Shown here piece after piece: positions 29,701-38,103 of a stretch of 61,644 bases of DNA; position 1 is the first letter of the stretch; each line of letters opens with the position of its first letter. The notes under the pieces were generated by a model, which was given only the letters and a program-made list of their open reading frames with translations, searched no databases and had not been told where the DNA came from. Origin of the DNA: a virus (lineage: Duplodnaviria > Caudoviricetes); the IMG/VR virus record IMGVR_UViG_3300037424_000754, positions 1-61,644 of that record; one strand, written 5' to 3'. The translations under genes and the position numbers were made by a program.

Positions 29701-29966
29701 AACTGAGGCCATGCAACACAGATGATGGTCTGGGTTGTCCCCACACTGAGTGGCCCCGTGTATCGCTGACCCTCGATGTGCTGGGGGGCCGACCCGTCTA
29801 CGCTGCAATAGATCGGAGATCCCGTGCTGGTAGTCGTAACCGTAACCGTTTGTGTCGACGTGTACGAGCCGCCCACGGGCGAAAACGTGGGGGCATGAGC
29901 CCGCGGGATGACGGACCATCCCGCGGAGATCAATGCCGCAGCTACGGCTGAGACCACCAGGTGCAT
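26763..29966 (-). CDS. Fn3-associated domain + right-handed beta-helix + PL1-type pectate lyase
   Basis: APTFSP.GG.Y; parallel beta-helix Asn ladders, SIGAYE; AFPG.QG.G...GGRGG..YVT.L.DSG..TLR, VIDH, HRNP, DGMSDTWE..NGLNP. Confidence 0.8.
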   Translation of the reverse strand: MHLVVSAVAAALISAGWSVIPRAHAPTFSPVGGSYTSTQTVTVTTTSTGSPIYCSVDGSAPQHIEGQRYTGPLSVGTTQTIICVAWPQFPRERSRPSSATYTISTPPPPPPPPSSTWVSAAGAPCTNTSTTSCEWAACKEEPLQGTVRYYCDCQTGAASGCTVGVDTNSGLTPALARRTVGNARTLFSTLPAGQTIAFCRGGSFGSAAGQWENANATQASPLTVRDYTAPWNVGTEGRPRMTGQISLFNIASHYRFKNIRLSGSDNFGFQGLAGSNDMEFCNMELDGSYGYAFYPAGSPPADNWRIIGSRILNTRSGAFLGGSAGNWLISNYMWNNGNLLTTFDHTIYFGGQLAAPGGTDEIIKCNEIHAPANTPGAVIVVHGRHTGTLIEDNYIDFSGGVAAPGGYGISTAPGYTTTELLSSLTVRGNQTYNAGDRSFDILNCQGCLVENNVAVKTNAANDYVFGVAGRYYDSGGGDAHSANNVIRNNTVYTNQASTNGTYSVGKDGTGHVFRNNAAYSTGGACFSIGAGVASPDYNLCYNVGSNPGANSINANPLFVSAPTNLRPGPGSPLVGEGDPNQKPDVDYEGETRPTPPSIGAYEPVAAPIPLAAFPGCQGSGCVSVGGRGGSIIYVTSLADSGANTLRACIQATGSRTCVFRVAGTIVLQSTMIITNANITIAGQTSPGGIQVRAAKAGETGGPFTGSLLISKANNVVMRYMRFRHGKTIETGETIQSGAPFKIQDGGRFNVIDHNSFYWTEDENINTWSFTTALRDITYSWNIVTEPLIIHATNGAAGAAVGSGIHSGMVNLDYHHNFLGTASHRNPNMTVGEVKWINNVVYNYGFRGTQLGGAIRADLISNIYKLGPKAPSLGIREFIWRNDPAYSGNPSLYVSGNSGPRHPDPGATSSEWTDMVGVASSENGADTGPLNTAFRRTTQLTSTSIPIVPEPVSTLETSMGLTTTTVPFPVGASRRLTANGAWVTAYDSNDSRVVQEYRTNTGPSQYPTDGTPSTITGSTPYPDADLDGMSDTWETANGLNPANANDRNTVHSTGYRMLDFFLAGMSVP

Positions 29967-29991
29967 GGCTGCCCTCTCCAGGGTCAGGAGC

Positions 29992-30438
29992 TTACTCCTG
30001 GAAGACGAGCGTCACGTACCCCGAGAGTGAAGGCGCAACCGCCGGCAAAATCCCGTATCCGTTATTCGCCGTGGCCGGAGTAACGAACTCCTCACCAGGG
30101 GCCGCGAACCACCGCACGGTAGACCGCTGGTTGAAGGGCATCTGGAAGAAGACTGTAGACGCCGTGTAGGTCGGCTCGGCGGAATGCGCCCTGCCAGCCA
30201 CGCACGTCGCCGCAGCATCCGCTGCGTCCAGCGACACCACCGTCACGGCGGTATTCGTACCGGCCGCCGTGCAGCGCTGAAACTGAAGACGCACAGCCGT
30301 GTCGCCCGGAGTCCCGTCGACCCCAGCGAACACCTCGATCGTCTTCGATCGCTTCTGGCCTGAACCTGCCCCCACGAGCGACGCGACGGTCGCCGTGGTT
30401 GAAAGAGTCGCGTTACATGGTGCGGAATAGGTAGCCAT
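29992..30438 (-). CDS. Putative virion protein, paralog of 33046..33615
   Basis: Shared TYSA, R.(T/S)(A/T)AGT..TAV, D...AA motifs. Confidence 0.6.
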   Translation of the reverse strand: MATYSAPCNATLSTTATVASLVGAGSGQKRSKTIEVFAGVDGTPGDTAVRLQFQRCTAAGTNTAVTVVSLDAADAAATCVAGRAHSAEPTYTASTVFFQMPFNQRSTVRWFAAPGEEFVTPATANNGYGILPAVAPSLSGYVTLVFQE

Positions 30439-30465
30439 GTTTTGATTCTCCTCTACTGCGGTTAA

Positions 30466-31413
30466 CTACACTGGCGCTGGCAATATCTCTGCTGCGTTCA
30501 CTGCTCTGGCATTGATCGGTCCACCCCCGACCGCTCCACTTGCTCCAACTATTCTGTCGCCTCCAGTCGTACCCGTGTAACGATAGACCTCTATGCGCGC
30601 ACCCGGAGTAGATGAGGCGACCGAGAAGACTACAGCGTTCCCCGATGCCGCGATAAGCTCGGCCTGGAACGCCCATGCGATGGAGGAGAGCAACAGGCTA
30701 TTAACGGTCGTTCCGGCAAGCGTCACAAACCCGGCGCCACTGGTAGCGCTGCCCGAAAGAGCACCGAAGCTATTGGCTGCGCTCGAAGCCCCAGACTTGG
30801 CACCAGACAGGGCGTACAGCGTGATGGACATGGTCTTAGCCAGCGTCTGACCGCTCGCGACCGAAGCCGTCACGTTGCTGGATGACGTAGCGGAGTTAGT
30901 CCAGGCTGCCCAGATCGACGCATTGACATAGTTCGAGTAAAGCGTTTCCTTGACCTTGACCCATGACAAGCCAAGCCCGTTAACCGTCACAGTCGTATTG
31001 GTGGCGTTAATGCAATTCACCACCGCCACAAGCAGCTTGCCGCTTTGGATGACCGGAGGCACCACGGACACGCCCGTGGCCGTGCTCCCCTGAATGTAGT
31101 TCGTCATGGGGAAGCCCGAATCCACAGATGGCGGACTAGTAGTGGTAGGAGGAGGCGGAGGCGGCGGTCCCCCTCCTCCCCCGCCCCCCGCCGCGATGAG
31201 GGCGTCAATTCGTGCGTTGGTCGCGGTAATCGCGTTATTCGCGGCAGCGATCTGTCCAGAGATGGTCCCGAACCGCGTGCGAATTTCGCTCAGGGCATTC
31301 AGGATGAAATTGATGTCGCTTTCTTGAAGGTAATTGGTTGGATTCGCGCCGATCGGAAGCGTGTTGATGAACGCCTTCAGCGCTGGAATCGGATCACCGT
31401 CAAGATACGCCAT
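30466..31413 (-). CDS. Putative fibre/decoration protein: YLDGD module + short coiled coil + G/P linker + beta domain
   Basis: Domain sharing with 26277, 22031 and 16646 genes. Confidence 0.6.
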   Translation of the reverse strand: MAYLDGDPIPALKAFINTLPIGANPTNYLQESDINFILNALSEIRTRFGTISGQIAAANNAITATNARIDALIAAGGGGGGGPPPPPPPTTTSPPSVDSGFPMTNYIQGSTATGVSVVPPVIQSGKLLVAVVNCINATNTTVTVNGLGLSWVKVKETLYSNYVNASIWAAWTNSATSSSNVTASVASGQTLAKTMSITLYALSGAKSGASSAANSFGALSGSATSGAGFVTLAGTTVNSLLLSSIAWAFQAELIAASGNAVVFSVASSTPGARIEVYRYTGTTGGDRIVGASGAVGGGPINARAVNAAEILPAPV

Positions 31414-31701
31414 CTAACTCTCCACCCCTATTGCCTTCAACATCGCGCCGCGTCGCTCTATCTCTTCTAGTCTCTTTTCCCATGGCGTACAGGACGCCTT
31501 GGCGGAGCATTCTTCGCAGACTGGCCTATGGCAACAACCACATCGTCCAAGGCGTACAACGACCTTGCCATCAACCGGAGGGCGAACGTAAGTAACCTGC
31601 TGACAATGCCCGCACGTAGAGGTGTCGGCCTCTCCGCCCTGGAGCATGGGCGTGGGCCCGGATTCTTGATAGTAGCCATAGTGTTTAACTGGTCCGCGCA
31701 C
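31414..31701 (-). CDS. Cys-rich zinc-finger protein
   Basis: CGHC, CGCC, CEEC. Confidence 0.6.
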   Translation of the reverse strand: MRGPVKHYGYYQESGPTPMLQGGEADTSTCGHCQQVTYVRPPVDGKVVVRLGRCGCCHRPVCEECSAKASCTPWEKRLEEIERRGAMLKAIGVES

Positions 31702-31706
31702 GTTCT

Positions 31707-32036
31707 CTACTCCGACTCATCGTCATGCCGGCCGCTACGCCGGCCCGGGTCCCGGTCGTGACCGTAGAATACGTCCTTAGCAATATTTGAAACCTCGTTC
31801 TTCAGTTCACTCAGGTACCTTAGCACCGTATCGTGCCGCTCGTCGTAAAAGCGCCTTTCGTCCATGTTGTGCTTTCTAATCCTGGCGTCAACCCAGCCCA
31901 TGATGCCCATCACCGCTGCCACCACCGCCGCCAGCACGATGAGTGTATACTGGATGGAGGTGTCTATCGCCTGTATTTGACCTAGCGTTGATAACCCAAT
32001 CACCACTAGACCTATTCCCAGGAAGACCGGGCTCAC
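31707..32036 (-). CDS. Two-TM membrane protein (holin/antiholin candidate)
   Basis: Two hydrophobic helices and charged tail; start set at GTG 32036. Confidence 0.45.
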   Translation of the reverse strand: MSPVFLGIGLVVIGLSTLGQIQAIDTSIQYTLIVLAAVVAAVMGIMGWVDARIRKHNMDERRFYDERHDTVLRYLSELKNEVSNIAKDVFYGHDRDPGRRSGRHDDESE

Positions 32037-32050
32037 GATCGCACCCGCGG

Positions 32051-32785
32051 TTATCTCACGTCCCACCGAATACCAGCGCCTACACTCGGCCCACGATGAA
32101 TGTCGTGCATGGCCTGAGAAGAAACCCACCATCGCCGAAACACCCGACGGTCCACTCCTAGATATGCCCCCGTAGGCTCCGGGTTCAACCGCGACCAAAG
32201 CGCACCTGCTCTCATTGACCAAGACGGGATCCTTTCCGGTCCTGTACCGTTGCCCAATTCGACCACGGACGACAGCCTGGAGTCAAACGGAGCCTTCGCG
32301 ATCTCTTCCGTACGATCTGGCAACACCTTGTCCAGAGCTACGTTTCCATTCACAAACAGATTACCGTACTTGCTTCTTAGGTCCACAACGACAACGCGGA
32401 ACCTAACATCGTCCCCGTCCTTCAGCCTGCACTCGGCAACCTGCCCCTCCGGTATTCTGCCTGCCTCGTCCACGGGCCCAATCTTGGCCGTTTCAGACTG
32501 CAAGCGAGCCAGCCGTTCAACGCTTACCTTGGCTACGTTCTTCGTTCTCTTCAGTTGACCGCGAAGGTCTTCATCAATGGCAGCCAAGGCCGAATACTTT
32601 TGATTCAGTACCTTGGCTGCCACCCTCTCCGCCACTAACTGGTTCTCCAGCCTTGCCTTAGTGGCCTCATGATCCTGGAGAAGCAGATCGTAGCTCCTCC
32701 TCGACTGCGCGTATGCGCGCAGAGACAGGACCACGACAACGGCCGAGCACGCCACCGCCGCTATCGTGATCCATCCGTTCTTCAT
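32051..32785 (-). CDS. Spanin-like protein (N-terminal TM, coiled coil, C-terminal beta strands)
   Basis: Architecture and location between two membrane genes. Confidence 0.4.
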   Translation of the reverse strand: MKNGWITIAAVACSAVVVVLSLRAYAQSRRSYDLLLQDHEATKARLENQLVAERVAAKVLNQKYSALAAIDEDLRGQLKRTKNVAKVSVERLARLQSETAKIGPVDEAGRIPEGQVAECRLKDGDDVRFRVVVVDLRSKYGNLFVNGNVALDKVLPDRTEEIAKAPFDSRLSSVVELGNGTGPERIPSWSMRAGALWSRLNPEPTGAYLGVDRRVFRRWWVSSQAMHDIHRGPSVGAGIRWDVR

Positions 32786-33030
32786 GTCTCTCTCGGCGGG
32801 ACGATCGACTTGGGGTTATCCTTCTGATTGTTCCATTCACCGGCCTTCATCGCGAACACGGAAGCAACCAGAATGCCGTAGATCCACCGCTTCGGTTCCC
32901 ACTCCATGAGCGTTTCAGGCGAGGCTCCGGTCATGATCTGGAACAACACAAACACGGCCACCGCACGGAGGCGATGCACGTTCTTGCGGTACCAGCGCAT
33001 CCATCTGGAGACGAACACCGGCCATTTCAT
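32782..33030 (-). CDS. Small membrane protein (holin candidate)
   Basis: Two hydrophobic segments; ATGA coupling. Confidence 0.45.
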   Translation of the reverse strand: MKWPVFVSRWMRWYRKNVHRLRAVAVFVLFQIMTGASPETLMEWEPKRWIYGILVASVFAMKAGEWNNQKDNPKSIVPPRET

Positions 33031-33045
33031 GGCGCCCCCGATTGC

Positions 33046-33615
33046 TTAGAACGTATCTTCTTCCCAGGTCACATTCACGTCGTAGACGGAGCCCGACTCG
33101 CCGGTCGCGTACAGCACAAAAAGCTCGGTCGCTGACTGAATCATGGGGGGCTGAGTGCCGTCCGCACCAAACCGCCACTCGACGATCGGGGCGATGCCAC
33201 CCGCGACTTCCGTCAGCGACGGGATCACGATCTGCGCCTGCCGGATGATCGCATTGGTGGTACCAGGCGTACCGTAGGCCGCAGTCCCCACGGACGAGAC
33301 CGTGACGGACGGGGCCGCAGCCGTTGAGTCGTGCTTGCACTGCGTAGGAACCGCCGTCAGAACCGCCGTGGAAAGCGTGCCAGCCGTGGACCAGCGCTTC
33401 AGGGTGAAAACGCCTCGCCCCAGAGCCGTCGCCATTCCTGACACGGACATGTACTTCAGTCTGCCGTAGACGCCCGCAGCGCCGGCCATCACCAGGACCT
33501 CGGTGATGGTCGTAGCGGCCGGCGTGAAGTTGACGAGAGACGCGCTGTAGGTCTTCCCAGAGTAGATTGGGTAGATCTTGTTAGCGCCGAGTCCGTCCCG
33601 AACGTAAATAGCCAT
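33046..33615 (-). CDS. Putative virion protein
   Basis: AGGAG RBS, beta-rich. Confidence 0.6.
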   Translation of the reverse strand: MAIYVRDGLGANKIYPIYSGKTYSASLVNFTPAATTITEVLVMAGAAGVYGRLKYMSVSGMATALGRGVFTLKRWSTAGTLSTAVLTAVPTQCKHDSTAAAPSVTVSSVGTAAYGTPGTTNAIIRQAQIVIPSLTEVAGGIAPIVEWRFGADGTQPPMIQSATELFVLYATGESGSVYDVNVTWEEDTF

Positions 33616-33630
33616 CTTGTCGCTCCTCTA

Positions 33631-34128
33631 TCAAGAAAGAACACCGACCAGTGCATGCGCGGTGTTCTGATTGGACGTGAAGTCAAGCGACCCCACGTTG
33701 GTGTCCACTGAATCCAGGATGAGGCCAGACGCCGTGGGCGCCTGCTGCCGAGGGTTGACGGTGACGAATGCGGTAGAGGCCGTCACGATCGTGCCGCTCG
33801 ACAGAATCACGAGCGCACCGATCTCAGCGTTTACAGGCGAAGCCCCCGGCGCTTCGGCCCCGAATGCAACGAGACCGAACGGAAACACCAGGGACGAGGC
33901 GGCGTTCACTGTCACCGGGACAGAAGGGACCCCGCCCGCCGGCCCGCCCCCGCTGCTGATAGAGGGTGGATCGAGCTTGACGGAAGCATGCCGCGTCCCT
34001 GGGTACAGATGGATGCGACTAACCGTAACCGGATCGGCTCCCGCAGGGCTTGAAACCACCACCGCGGCCTGGATCTTCTGGCCGCTCGTGATGGACGATC
34101 TATCTAGACTGACGGCGGCAGTTGCCAT
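33631..34128 (-). CDS. Ig-like putative virion protein
   Basis: Paralog of 34352..34723. Confidence 0.6.
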   Translation of the reverse strand: MATAAVSLDRSSITSGQKIQAAVVVSSPAGADPVTVSRIHLYPGTRHASVKLDPPSISSGGGPAGGVPSVPVTVNAASSLVFPFGLVAFGAEAPGASPVNAEIGALVILSSGTIVTASTAFVTVNPRQQAPTASGLILDSVDTNVGSLDFTSNQNTAHALVGVLS

Positions 34129-34131
34129 GGG

Positions 34132-34359
34132 TTACGCCTCCGCTATTCCAACATCGGGATCGGGCTCAATGGCTTCGACATCCTCGGCGTTTGCGATTCG
34201 GATCGCCGCCCTGAGCGCCGCCGCCGCCTTGCTCGGCTCTCTCGCGTGAGTAGCCTTGATGAATTCGTCCATGACGATCTCGAGGTCGCTCACGGCATCA
34301 GGGGATGCTCCGTTAGCCTTCAGTTGAGAGAGGATCGTCTTGATAGGATTCTCAGGCAT
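34132..34359 (-). CDS. Small helical hypothetical protein
   Basis: Operon packing. Confidence 0.55.
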   Translation of the reverse strand: MPENPIKTILSQLKANGASPDAVSDLEIVMDEFIKATHAREPSKAAAALRAAIRIANAEDVEAIEPDPDVGIAEA

Positions 34360-34723
34360 ACGGTAGATCCTTTGTGACGGTGAATGCGACGATCGCGGGC
34401 TGGATCACTGAGCCGTCAGCGCAGTGGACTGTAGCCCCGACATCCACGGTCGCATCCGAGCCAACCCTGGGCGTCAGGAACCGGATTGCGATTTCGTAGG
34501 CCGTGCTACCGCCCGCTGCGACCACGGCGGTCGCAACACTGAGCCTGGGAGTGCCGAACTGAACCGGCGCGGGCTGGGTCGTGCTGCCCCTGTATGCCCA
34601 TGGAACGATGCCGAGCACGTTCACGTCCGTTGCCGAGCTATTAGAGACAGTGAGTGTAGCGGTTGCGGTCTGCCCTGTGATCACGGTCGCGTCACCCGTA
34701 GCAATCTCTGCCGTCATGGCCAT
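34352..34723 (-). CDS. Ig-like putative virion protein
   Basis: AGGAG RBS; GQ...L.VS..V.V pattern. Confidence 0.6.
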   Translation of the reverse strand: MAMTAEIATGDATVITGQTATATLTVSNSSATDVNVLGIVPWAYRGSTTQPAPVQFGTPRLSVATAVVAAGGSTAYEIAIRFLTPRVGSDATVDVGATVHCADGSVIQPAIVAFTVTKDLPYA

Positions 34724-34731
34724 AGGGCTCC

Positions 34732-35121
34732 TTAGAACACGTCCGTATTCGCGAGGGTGATGTGCAGGTAAACGGTCTCACCGTCGCCAAGCTCAGTAGC
34801 GGACGGAGATGCCGTGTCGGAGAAGACGACCTGGATCGTCTTCAGCCCATCCACATCCTCGGCGATCAGGCTCATCACCGGAGAGGGAACGATGCCGTCC
34901 GCATCCGCGTGGAAGTTCTGCATGAACAGGAACCGCGGATACTTGTCATCCAGGGTGACGGTGTAATTGCCCGCGCTATTACGCGCGATGCTGGCGATGC
35001 CCTTGGAGTAGGCCGTCACCAGCGTGGGAGCACCCGTAGCCCCGATGGTAACCTTGGCGTATAGGTCGACGACCTTCTTTTCAAGCTGGAGCCTGAACTG
35101 ATTGAAGCGACGATTGGACAT
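34732..35121 (-). CDS. Putative capsid decoration protein
   Basis: Directly after capsid gene; GIASIARNSAGNYTVTL motif; ATG 35121. Confidence 0.5.
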   Translation of the reverse strand: MSNRRFNQFRLQLEKKVVDLYAKVTIGATGAPTLVTAYSKGIASIARNSAGNYTVTLDDKYPRFLFMQNFHADADGIVPSPVMSLIAEDVDGLKTIQVVFSDTASPSATELGDGETVYLHITLANTDVF

Positions 35122-35162
35122 GTTCTCTTCCTCTTTCACCCCGCGTGTAGCGGGAGGTTGGA

Positions 35163-35197
35163 ATTAAGCCGCTCCCGCCTCCCCAGGAGGGAGCGGC
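35163..35197 (-). terminator. Hairpin after capsid gene (weak terminator or processing stem)
   Basis: GCCGCTCCC...GGGAGCGGC then TTAATT. Confidence 0.45.
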
Positions 35198-35209
35198 CTC
35201 GCTTCTCAG

Positions 35210-36433
35210 TTAAGCCCCGAGGATGATCTGCCCGTTCCAGCCAGGCGCGTTGCACGCCTGGAAGTAGTAAGAAACCCAACGGGTCTCAAGAGCATCCGCG
35301 CCGCCGAGCCGCAGCATGTCCTGGCCGTCGCCGCGGAAGACGTGCGGCACCTCGTTCACGCTGCCCAGGGTCCAGGTGTTCTGCTGGAGCAGGTAGCACC
35401 GCAGGCCGGGGCAGCTTCGATCCGGGAAGATGTCCACCGGGCCCTTGTGCCCGTTGAGCGTGATGCCCTTGAACGAGATGGTGCCCATGCTCATCGAGAC
35501 GTACTGGACCTTGGCGCCCAGCGAATTGTCCAGGGCCTCATAGCTCGTGAAGTTCGTGATGCCGAGGTTAGTCTTCGCGCCTTCACGCGCGAGGAACTTG
35601 GTCCCACGGATCAGGGCCTCGTCGATCGGCTTATTGCTCTCGTCGCTCGACATACCAAACAGCCGGTTATCGAACGACCGATCCACGCCGTAGAAATTAT
35701 CACCAGAGGTCGGGGCCGTGGTAGGATTCCAGCCGTCCAGCCCGGTGATGTTGGCATTGTTATCGCCCTCCAGGAGCAGGAAGTCACCAGCCGCCCATGA
35801 GGTCGGGGTAGCGGCGGCTCCACTAAACCCGGACGCCGCCACGGTAATCACGCCAGTCCTGCGATTGATGTGAGTGACGTAGCCCTTGGCGGCCCGCGGA
35901 GAGGCGCCGCCGTCCGTAGCGTTGGCCTGGAGCACCTGATTGCGATTGAAGTGGACCACGCTCTCCGGGTCATCCAGGGTGATGACGCCAGAGGTGATAC
36001 CGCCGGACGCGATCTTGCCGATGGAGCCCGTTCCGGAACGGAACAGGGTAGAAGAAATGGTCTCCGTGAGAGTCCGCAGCGCGGAGTCGTTCTTCAGTTT
36101 CGCCAGGGAAAGGAACGCGGTGCTGTCCCCCTGGGTCGACTCCACAAGCTCATTGGTGATGGTCGCAACCTTGTACTTCGGCTTGCGAGTCATCATGAAG
36201 GAGGCGGACTCAGCGGCCTGCTGATTCGCCTGCGCAACCGAGAAGTCTGCCGACACGCCCTGTGAATCATTCCAGATGGTCGGCCACGGAACCACCTTGC
36301 CGCCGCAGCTTTCGTTCTTTGAGATCATCCCAAACCAGGGATTGTCATCGTATGAGAAATACTGGATGTTCTGCGGGCCGTACAGTTCCTTCAAAGCAGC
36401 GTTAGCCGCCGCCATGTCCAGATAGGCTGACAT
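35210..36433 (-). CDS. Major capsid protein
   Basis: 407 aa, AALKELY start, LFRSGTG, ITGLDGW, ..CNAPGWNG end; follows scaffold; strong codon bias. Confidence 0.75.
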   Translation of the reverse strand: MSAYLDMAAANAALKELYGPQNIQYFSYDDNPWFGMISKNESCGGKVVPWPTIWNDSQGVSADFSVAQANQQAAESASFMMTRKPKYKVATITNELVESTQGDSTAFLSLAKLKNDSALRTLTETISSTLFRSGTGSIGKIASGGITSGVITLDDPESVVHFNRNQVLQANATDGGASPRAAKGYVTHINRRTGVITVAASGFSGAAATPTSWAAGDFLLLEGDNNANITGLDGWNPTTAPTSGDNFYGVDRSFDNRLFGMSSDESNKPIDEALIRGTKFLAREGAKTNLGITNFTSYEALDNSLGAKVQYVSMSMGTISFKGITLNGHKGPVDIFPDRSCPGLRCYLLQQNTWTLGSVNEVPHVFRGDGQDMLRLGGADALETRWVSYYFQACNAPGWNGQIILGA

Positions 36434-36503
36434 TTAGCACTCCCGGGGTCGCGGCTCGCGCGCCCACAACGAATTACGTCACCGGGAGTTACGTCGGGCC
36501 TTG

Positions 36504-37730
36504 TTACCCGCGCGTAGCTTCGCGCTCGCTCTTCACAGCCTTGAACTTGGCTATTGCGCGCGCCATGCGCTCCTCGTCGGTGAGAAACACCTTCTCACCA
36601 TTCACCGGAGCGCCGCCCTGCGTGACGATCTGACTCGTGATCGTGGGATGCTGCCCGAACGGGATTCGCTGGAACACGCCTCGGGCCGGCTGTGCTTCTT
36701 CTTCGGCTGGAGACGTGGGCTGGTTTTTTGCGGGGGCGCTAGGCGCCTTGGTGGGCGAGGGTGCAGCAGGTGTGATCGGCTGATACTTTGACTTGAAGTA
36801 ACTCGTCTCTAGCACAGCCTCTGACTTCTTGCGGTAATACTCTTCCAGTAGTTCTGCGGCGCGTTCGCGCGTTAGCAGTTGGCCCTTGGCCTGGCTCGTG
36901 TCCTTGCCCTGGGTTTCAAGCTCTGCGCGTGCGGTCTCTAGCGTTTGCTGATAGTGCTGGATGATTAGCTCTGGTACTTCGTGCTCGACCTCCAGGCGCG
37001 TGATGAGTTCGTACTTGTCCGGAGTCGCCTTCACGAATTCAACGGTCTGCTCCTTGAACTGCTCTAGCTCGCGACTGGTGCGGGCTTCCTCGGCCCTACG
37101 GGCCGCAGTCTCCGCTTTCGCGCGCTCTTCTGCATCCCGCGTATCGCGGGCCTGCATGTCCTTGCGAAGCTGCTCGACCTCGGCCGCGCGGGCCTCGCGC
37201 TCGGCTTGAATCTCCTGCTCGGGGAGCGGCTTCTTAGCGTTCAACATCTGGCGGGACGCACCTTCATAGGTGTGGCCCCCGATCTCCAACCATCTCAGCG
37301 GGTCCGCGCGCGCCGTTTCCATCCTCGTGCGCATCTGCGCGATCTCGGCCTGGGCGGCAGCGATCTTGGCCTCCGTCTCCTTCACGCGGGCCTCACGCTC
37401 CTGGGCCTGTCGGTTCAGGACGCGAGCGCGCTCCGTAAGCTGCCGCTCCCTGTGTGCCAGGTTGGCGAGCCGTTGAGTGATCTTTAGCTCTTCGGGGGAG
37501 GAAGCGGGCTCGGTCTGATCGGCGGCCTTGTCTCCGGTTCCCTTGGTCTCGGCCTTCTCCGGGGGCCTGGCGGCCCCTGCCGCGGGTTCCTTTGGCTTCT
37601 CCTCACCAGCATGTGCCCCCGTAAACTGCCCCGCCTGGCCGGCCACGGATCGCGTAAATCCGCCGAAAGCCGTAGGTGTGGTGACCTTCTCGGTCTTCTC
37701 TTCTCCGGCGGGGATCGCGGGCAGGGGCAA
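36504..37730 (-). CDS. Capsid scaffolding protein
   Basis: Charged coiled coil with disordered termini, immediately upstream of capsid; TTG start with GAGG. Confidence 0.65.
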   Translation of the reverse strand: MPLPAIPAGEEKTEKVTTPTAFGGFTRSVAGQAGQFTGAHAGEEKPKEPAAGAARPPEKAETKGTGDKAADQTEPASSPEELKITQRLANLAHRERQLTERARVLNRQAQEREARVKETEAKIAAAQAEIAQMRTRMETARADPLRWLEIGGHTYEGASRQMLNAKKPLPEQEIQAEREARAAEVEQLRKDMQARDTRDAEERAKAETAARRAEEARTSRELEQFKEQTVEFVKATPDKYELITRLEVEHEVPELIIQHYQQTLETARAELETQGKDTSQAKGQLLTRERAAELLEEYYRKKSEAVLETSYFKSKYQPITPAAPSPTKAPSAPAKNQPTSPAEEEAQPARGVFQRIPFGQHPTITSQIVTQGGAPVNGEKVFLTDEERMARAIAKFKAVKSEREATRG

Positions 37731-37757
37731 GGGCTAAGCCTCGTTAGGGTTTCCCCT

Positions 37758-37786
37758 ACCGTAACGCAAACCGCCGGTCGGTGCAA
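37758..37786 (-). promoter_or_regulatory. Candidate promoter of scaffold/capsid operon
   Basis: TTGCAC-17-TACGGT. Confidence 0.4.
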
Positions 37787-37836
37787 GACATGGCATGTAG
37801 CGTCACCAACGACGCAGCGCTCTGCCATCCCGGCCC

Positions 37837-38103
37837 CTATTCAGGGACCGTCCAGCGCTCGTGAGCGCAGTCGGGCGAGCAGAAGTGCTCCTGATTCCGC
37901 CCCACCAACACAGCGTCGCCTCCGCACGCCCTACACGCGGAGCGCCCGGTGCCGCCGCAGGCGTAGCATCGCTCGGAGAAGTAGACGAGCCGGCTCTTGC
38001 GGTCATACCTGGAGAAGTCCAGTTCGCCCCTGCCCTTACACTCCGGGCAGTTGAGCCTCGCCAGGTCCCACGGCGCTACCTCTACGTTGCCCGTGCGCTT
38101 CAT
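37837..38103 (-). CDS. DnaJ-type zinc-finger protein
   Basis: CPECKGRG, CYACGGTG, FCSPDC. Confidence 0.6.
   Translation of the reverse strand: MKRTGNVEVAPWDLARLNCPECKGRGELDFSRYDRKSRLVYFSERCYACGGTGRSACRACGGDAVLVGRNQEHFCSPDCAHERWTVPE

Noticed and set aside
16646-31413. Diversity-generating retroelement acting on fibre genes
   Set aside because: No reverse transcriptase, and no near-identical TR/VR pair differing at adenines; repeats are protein-level paralogy
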